A stretch of DNA of 64,000 nucleotides, taken from positions 248,001-312,000 of the forward strand of contig JABVCE010000023.1 in assembly GCA_014905635.1 (NCBI GenBank), read 5' to 3'. Shown piece after piece: positions 57,701 through 64,000 of the stretch. Source of the stretch: Scenedesmus sp. PABB004. Taxonomy: Eukaryota. The notes below the pieces were generated by a model. That model saw nothing but the letters and a program-made list of their open reading frames with translations. It was not told the origin of the DNA and ran no database searches. How positions within the stretch are numbered: position 1 is the stretch's first letter; every line of letters begins with the position of its first letter. The position numbers and the translations under genes are program-made.

Positions 57701-58522
57701 GGCATGCCCATGGGCCTGGAGGTCGTCACGCCCCCCGCGCACGGGCTGCTGAGCTTTGCCTACACCAACCTCAGCGACCGCGTGGGCCCGCGCTTCAACT
57801 GGGCCGACTGGTCGGCCGGCGCGGGCGGGCGGTTCACCTGGTCTGACCTATATCGCACCGGCGTGACGTACACGCCCACGGGCGGCCACATCGGCAGCGA
57901 CGCCTTTACATTCCGCCTGACCGACAACACGGACCTGTGGAGCTCGCTGGAGCTGGGCACGGTGCGCATCGACGTGCGCCCCGCGCCGCGCCCGGCCTGC
58001 GCGCCGGGCGCCTGCACCGCCGGCGGGCTGTGCCCGCGGTGCGGCTGCGCGCCCGACGGCGCCGCGTGCGCGTGCGACACGGCGCACGGCTTCGTGGCGC
58101 GCCCCCCGGCCGGCACGACGAGCCACGCCGACATCCTGCCCCAGGCGCCGCAGTGCGCGTGGGCGGTGGCGCTGCCGCCCCTGGTGTCGGCGCCGCTGAG
58201 CTCGCTCGGGCGCCTGGTGCGGTTGCCCTTCAGCGTCGCGGCCGGCGCGCGGTGCGTGCGCGAGCCCGTGATCCAGGGCGTCAGCGTGGACCCCCGCCGC
58301 CTGGACGCCTGCCCTGGGGGCGCCGCAGGCCGCGCGCTCACGCTCGCGCCCGCGGGCGCGCGGGCGGGCAGCGAGGCGTGCGCCCGCGCGGGCGCCAGCT
58401 ACCAGTATGCGTTCAGGCTCGCGCCTGAGCTGCGCGGCGCGCGCGCGGGCTGCTACCGTGCGACCGTCACCACGACCGACCAGGCGCGCCACGGCGTCAC
58501 GCTGAAGCTGAGGGCGGCCTGA
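54714..58522 (+). CDS. Secreted protein with tandem bacterial Ig/cadherin-like repeats, a Cys-rich module and a C-terminal beta domain (adhesin-like); 7 exons
   Basis: Signal peptide (RWRPLALLALLPAASVLA). Repeated PPVAVDD...INVLDND...QPRHGT...Y...DTFTY...ATVTI motifs in exons 55246-55692, 55788-56096, 56219-56553, 56645-56947, 57042-57464 and 57585 onward. Cys-rich CAPGACTAGGLCPRCGC...CACDTAHGF. One -1 switch at G-run 56467-56471. Confidence 0.8.
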
Positions 58523-59166
58523 CCGCGGGGCGAGTGCGTGTGGCTAGGCACACATCATGAAGGGGGGGCTGCTGTTTCATTCATGCTGTGCACTGCGTTC
58601 GTATGTGCACACTCGCGCGCGTTGACCATGACCAACCAACCGGGCTGGCGCTGTGGTCTGTGCTGCGTGCTGCCTCGACCCCGACCGACTGAGCCACGTT
58701 CCCTGCCTGCGCTGCGGCGACTTGCCGCCTTCATTGCATCCATCCATCCATCCCCGCTGCCCACGGCCCTGACTGCCGCCCTGCATTCACACCTGAACCC
58801 TCACCCCATTCTGTCGCGCCGGAGACGATGCGCCGGCCCGCCCGCCTTGCCCCGCCTGCACCTGCCGGGGAGCCCTGCACTGCCAACAGCCTCGGCCTGC
58901 ACTGAACTCGATGCACTGCATGTGCCCGCTGAACCTAATTCATGTGTGCTGTCTGACAACGGGGGGGGGGGGGGGGTCGGCCGAGTTGATATCGGAGCCA
59001 GAGTTGCCTCGTGAACCCTGCCAGCGTTGTGACCCCCGAGCCGTCCCAGGTCACGCCACACACGTGCCGCCGCAAATGCTGCAGCCGCGCTCCGCCCACC
59101 TCTAGCTACGCGCCCGCCTCGCACTCTGCCCCCGACCCGCCCCGCCGCAACGCGCCCGCCGGCGCG

Positions 59167-62100
59167 TCACAACTCTTCGTGCACCGGCAACTCTTCGTCC
59201 TCGGCCGCCGCCTCGGCGCCGGGGCCGCTGCCCTCCGCCGCCTTGCCGCCGGCGCCCGCGGAGCCGCCCTCGCCCGCCTCGCCCGCCTCGCCGGCGCCGC
59301 CCGCGCCGGCGCCCGCCTCGCCCTCCGCCGCGCCGCCGGCGCCGCCTGCCGCCTCGCCCTCCTCGCCCGCCGCGGCGTCGCCCGCCGCGGTCTCGTTCTT
59401 GGCCGCCGGCGGCGGCTTGGGCTTGCGCTTGGCGTCGGTCTTCTTCACCGCCTTTTGGACGCCCTCCCAGCGCGTCACGACGTCCATGGCCACAAACGCG
59501 GGCTCCTCCGTCGCGCCGCGCCCTGCCTGCGCCGCCTCCTGCTCCGCGAGCCAGGCCCGGAACTCAGCAATCTGCGGCCGCGGCGGCGCGGGGGCAGGCG
59601 GGCAGGCGTCGGCGCGGGGCCCAGGCGCCCACGGCCGAGCGCGCGGCGCGCGCCGGCGGCGCGCAGCCCGACCGCGCGCGCCGGCGGCGCAGAGCCCGAC
59701 CGCGCGCGCGCGGCGGCGGCGCCGTGGCAGCGCCGGCAGCGCGCCGCGCCTTGTCGGCCGCCGCCTGCGTGTCCTCCTCCCCGATCCAGGGCTTGGCCTC
59801 GGCCCAGCCCGCGACGAGCGCGTCCGCGGCGGCCGCGCTCTCCCGCACCGCGGACAGCACCTTGGGGCGCAGCTCGAGCTCCGCCGCGCGGCGCGCGATG
59901 GGGTCGCCGACCGCGCGCAGCGCCGCGAGGCGCTCCCTAAACGCGTCGCCGCCCTCCGCCTCGCCGTCGCCGTAGAGCCAGTCCTCGGCCGCCGTCAGCG
60001 CCTCGACAAACGACACGCGCGCCGCCTCCTCCGTCACCTGCGCGGCGCGGCGGCGCCGCCACGCGCGCGGCGTGGGCGCGCCGCGCGCCCCGCCCCGCCA
60101 GCCCGCTCCCCCACTACACACACACCCCGCCGCGGCGCGCCGCGGCGCGCGCGCGCCTGCTGCACGGCCTCGTCCGTCTCGAGGCGCTCCCGCGTCGCGA
60201 TGATGTACGCCTCGAGGTCGTTCTTGGCCTTGGCCGTCGCCGCCTTGACCGCCTCGGCCGCGCGCCACGCCGCGACGTGCGCGGTCGCGTCGGCGAGCGC
60301 GTCGCCGCTCAGCGGCGCGTGCCGCGGGCCGGGGCCCGTCACGTTCAGCGACACCTGCGCCCGCGGCGGCGCGCACAGCTCGGCCGGCGGCAGCCGCAGC
60401 GAGCCGGGCCCGCGCCCGCGAGGGAGCACCGCTCGCGCTGCAGCGCACACACGGCGCCACTCACGTGGTACACCTTGCGGCGCGGCACGGTGATGGTCTT
60501 CTTGACCAGCACCACCTTGGGCTTGGCCTCGCCCTTGGCCTTGCCCTTGGCGCCGCCCTTGGCCTCGCCCTCAGCCGCCTCGCCCTTGTCCTCGCCGCCC
60601 TCCGCCTCGTCGGCCTTGGCGGCACCCTCGGCCTCGTCGGCCTTGGCGCTGCCCGCCTCTTCGCCCTTGGCGCCCTCCTCCTTGTCGCCCTTGGCGTCAC
60701 CTGCCTCCTCGCTCTTGGCAGCCTCCGCCTCGTTGGCCTTGGCGTCACCTGCCTCCTCGCCCTTGGCAGCCTCCGCCTCGCCGGCCTTGGCGCCGCCCGC
60801 GTCGCCGGCGTCGGTGTCGTTGGCGGGCAGGGGCACCTCGATCACGCGCTCCTCCATCACCTCCAGCTCCACCACGCACTCGGCAGACGCGAACGAGAGC
60901 AGCCCAGACAGGTCGGCCTCAAACCGCAGCGTCGTCACGCCCGAGTGGTTGTAGCTGCGGCGCGGCGTGGCGCGGCGGCGGCCACGGCGGCCGTCGCGCG
61001 GCGCAAGAACGGCGCGGCAGCCTCCCTCGCCCTCCCTCGCCCTCCCTCGCCGCCCACCGCGCCGCGCCGCTGCAGGGCGCGCGGGCCGCACCGCTCGATG
61101 GCGTCTGTGATGCCGGCGACGGTGTAGGCCGCGAGCGCGGGGTCGCACACGCCCGGCGGCAGGCCGTGCGGCGTGGAGGCGTTGTACGCGAGCGCAAAGG
61201 AGAAGCCGTCGATGGTGAGGTTGCTGTACTTGACCGCGCGCTTGATGGGCAGCTTCTTGCCTGCGCGCAGCGGCGGCGGCAGCGGCGGCGGCGTGGGCAA
61301 GTCGGGGCGTGGGCGTGGGCGGGTCGGGGCATGGGCGGGTCGGGGCGCAGGCGGGCGGCGCGGGCGCGGCCCCGCCCCGCCCCCGAGTGTGCGCGCACCG
61401 GCGGGCAGCAGGTTCTTCAGCACGTGGCCGGGCTTGCCGGCCTCGCCGCCGGCCGCCGCCTCGGCGGCGGCACCCTTGGCCTTGGCCTTGGCGCCCTTGG
61501 CCGCGCCCGCGCCCGCGTCGGCCGGCAGCGCCGCGCTGGGGGTGAACAGGTCGTCGCTCTCAAACGTCACCCCAAACGCGGCGACGTCGGTCATGCCGAA
61601 TTTCTGGGCGGCACGCGGCACGGGCCGGCACACGCGCGGTGGCAGTCAGCGCGGCGCGGCGCGGCAGGCGGCGCGCCGCACGGCGCGGCGCGGCGCGCAC
61701 CCGCAGCCGGAAGCTGCTGGACAGGTTGGCGGCAAACAGGCCCGCGCCCAGCACGAGCGCCTCGTCCGCGTCCAGGTGGCGGTCCAGGTGCCTGGCGGCA
61801 GGCGGCGCGGCGGGGCGCGGCGGTGGGCGCGCGCGCCGACGCCGCAGCTGCCGCCGCGCCGCGCTCCCCGTGCCGCGCCGCGCTGCCGCAGCGCTCTCCG
61901 GCCCCCCGCACCTGCCGCCGAGCGCCTCCGACAGCACCGCCTGCAGCTTGGGCACGCGGCTGCCGCCGCCCAGCAGCTCCACCGCGTCCACGTCGCCGGG
62001 CTTGAGCCCGTTGCGCTCCAGCAGCTTCGTCAGCGGCGCCTGGGCGGCGCGCGGCGGCGCGGCGCGGCGGTCAGGCGGCGCCCCCGCGGCAGGCGGCCGG

Positions 62101-63589
62101 CGCAGCGCGGCGCGGCGCACCGCGGCGCGCGCCCAGAAGTCCTGTGCCATCGCCTCGAACGCCTCGCGCGTGACGGAGCTCTGGAAGTCGCGGCCGCCGA
62201 GCAGCTCCTCGACGCTGAACGGCGCGGCGGTGTTGGCCGACAGCACCTCCTTGGTGCGCCGCACCTGGCGCGCCAGCTTGGCCATGGCCTTGGGGTGGGG
62301 CCTGCGCGGAGGGCGCGGCCGCAGCGGAGGTCGGCGCCGGCTGCAGCGGCGGCCGTGCTGGCGGGGCGGGCCGCACGCGGCGCGGCGCACGGGCGGCGCG
62401 GCGCGCCCGCGCCCGCGCCGCGCTCACCGCACGTCGCCGCCGCCCTTCTCCTGGAACTCAGCGGCAAAGTGCTCCGCGAGCGCGGCGTCGAGCGCGGCGC
62501 TGCCGAGCGCGTGGTCCCACTCGACGTCGAGCACCTCAAACTGGTTGGTCCCGCCCTTGCCGCCCCGCCCGCCGTGCGTGCTGTACTTGACCAGCGCCGC
62601 CTCGGTCGACCCGCTGCCCATGTCGTACAGGAGAACCTGCCACGCGCGCGCACAGGCGCGGCACGGGCGCAGCGGCGGCAGCGGCGGCGGCGTGGGCGCG
62701 CTGGCGACACGGCTGCCGCCGCCGCACCGCCGACGCGGCCGCCGCCGCCGCAGCCGCCGCCGCCGCCGCACGCCGTGCCGCGCGGGGGCCGCACCGTCTG
62801 CTCCTTCTTGCTGAAGTCGCGCTCGATGCCATACTGCAGCGCCGCGGCGGCGTGGCCGTTGACGAGGCCCAGCACGTTGAGCCCGGCGAGCGCCGCGGCG
62901 TCGATGAGCGCGGTGCGCTGCGCGACGCCAAACCAGGCAGGCACGACGACGACCGCGTCGACCACCGGCTCGCCCGCCTGCGCGTCCGTGATCTGCTTCG
63001 CGTAATGGAACAGCCCCGCCTGGCGGGGCGGCGGTCCGGGGGCGGCGGCGGCGGCGGCGGCTCGGCGCGCGCCGGCGGGCCAACCGCCGCCAACCGCTCA
63101 ACCGCGCCGCGCCGCGCGGCGCGCTGCGCGGCACCGCTCGCCGCGCACCACGAGCTCCTCCACCAGGTAGGCGTGGGTCTCGTTGACCTGGAGCGCCGCC
63201 GTGCCGGTGCGGGGGTCGTCGACGACCTTGTAGGGCAGGCGGTGCTCCGACAGCAGCCGCGCCGTCTCGGCGTCCGCCGCGGAGCGGCCGAGCAGGTTGC
63301 GCAGCTGGCTGAAGATGAGCCCCGGGTAGCGCACGCCCAGGGAGAAGGCCTCCTCGCCCAGCACGCGCCCGCCCTCGACGAGGCCGACCAGCGCGGGGCT
63401 CCTGCGCCTGCTCATCTCGTTCACCACGATGCTGATGGGCGTGCGGCCGGGCTTGACGAGGCAGACCTTGAGGTACTCGCTGCCCAGGTCGATGGCCATC
63501 AGCGAGGCCGACGCGCCGAGCAGCGCGGCGCCGAGGAGCGCGCCAATCAGCAGCAGCCGGCAGCCCGGCGCACCACCACTGCGCGCCAT
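59167..63589 (-). CDS. HYOU1: ER-luminal large Hsp70, Grp170/HYOU1 (Hsp70-17/HSP70G-like)
   Basis: Signal peptide, LMAIDLGSEYLKVCLVKPGRTPISIVVNEMSRR, VVVVPAWFGVAQR, LLYDMGSGST, KEVLSAN, LLGGGSRVPKLQ, HLDADEALVLGA, AKNDLEAYI, EDWLYGDG and C-terminal ER-retention signal HEEL*. Confidence 0.95.
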
Positions 63590-63793
63590 CGCTGTCCCCT
63601 GCGCGTCGCTAGCTCAGCGGGTCATGACGCGTTCGCAGCCGGGGCGCGGCGGGTTGGTGTGGCGCGGGGGCGTCGCAGGGCGGGGGCTTGTGCAACCTGC
63701 ACTGCTGTCCAGAGCCCTCCAGACCCTGGGGCCTGACGGTCGCAAGGCCCCGATCAGCGCGCACGCAGGCCCTCCCAGCAGGCTCCCCAGCAG

Positions 63794-64000
63794 ATGGAGC
63801 GCAGTCCCCGCGCGCCGCGCGGCCCTGGCTCGCCGCCGCGCCCCCCGCGCGGTGCCGGCGGCGGGCACGCGCGCGGCGGGCGGTTCGGCCGGGCGCCGGC
63901 GCGCGAGGCACGCAGGAGATCAGCACGCCGGCGCCCACGCACCACGGGAACGCGGCGCGTGCTGTGCCGAGCGTGGCGGCGGCGGCGCGGTGAGACGGCG
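63794..64000 (+). CDS. Possible 5' start of a further gene running off the window
   Basis: ATG at 63794, an acceptor-like cgcag near 63915 and a donor-like cg|gtgaga near 63989. No recognisable domain. Confidence 0.25.
   Translation, partial: MERSPRAPRGPGSPPRPPRGAGGGHARGGRFGRAPAREARRRSARRRPRTTGTRRVLCRAWRRRRGETA

Noticed and set aside
54714..58522. Bacterial contamination explaining the Ig-repeat gene
   Set aside because: The gene has six spliceosomal introns of the same style as its neighbours, the same codon bias and a contiguous eukaryotic context.
17075..63589. Functional gene cluster (e.g. RNA metabolism PAT1/MKRN/Nup88, or metal homeostasis MRS2/SBP)
   Set aside because: The functions are heterogeneous and no shared regulatory motif was seen. 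Adjacency alone is not evidence without synteny or co-expression data.
1..64000. Stop-codon readthrough, selenocysteine or an alternative genetic code
   Set aside because: The in-frame stops encountered fall inside introns or after the frame-switch sites, and conserved exons translate cleanly with the standard code.

Overview
This is a gene-dense, extremely GC-rich eukaryotic window (roughly 75-80% GC by eye). It has many short spliceosomal introns of about 70-200 nt, gcc-ATG start contexts, TGTAA/TGCAA 3' signals and CCCTAAA telomere-type motifs, all pointing to a chlorophyte green alga (Chlorophyceae/Sphaeropleales-like; inference). Most ORFs in the supplied track are GC-bias artefacts or exon-intron read-throughs. 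Manual splicing gives 14 protein genes, in order: 3' part of a dynein-2/DHC1b heavy chain (+), a low-complexity orphan (+), Nup88 (-), peroxisomal acyl-CoA oxidase (+), a plastid-type TPR protein (+), an MRS2/CorA transporter (+), an SPL1/SPL7/CRR1-type SBP transcription factor (-), PAT1 (+), a coiled-coil orphan (+), makorin (-), an intronless orphan (+), a YqeY/AIM41-like protein (-), a secreted bacterial-Ig-repeat protein (+) and ER Hsp70 Grp170/HYOU1 (-). Main observations: (1) makorin has two alternative versions of the exon completing its Cys-His motif, predicting a RING-less short isoform with its own TGTAA signal and a full E3-ligase isoform; (2) GC-AG introns are very frequent (about 12 of 42 in dynein, always AG|GC); (3) the bacterial-adhesin-like gene is built from phase 1-1 exon modules; (4) the MRS2 selectivity motif reads GEN instead of GMN; (5) some introns carry telomere-like or self-complementary repeats; (6) recurrent -1 frame switches at G/C runs are most likely assembly errors. 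No rRNA, tRNA, CRISPR or autonomous mobile element was seen.
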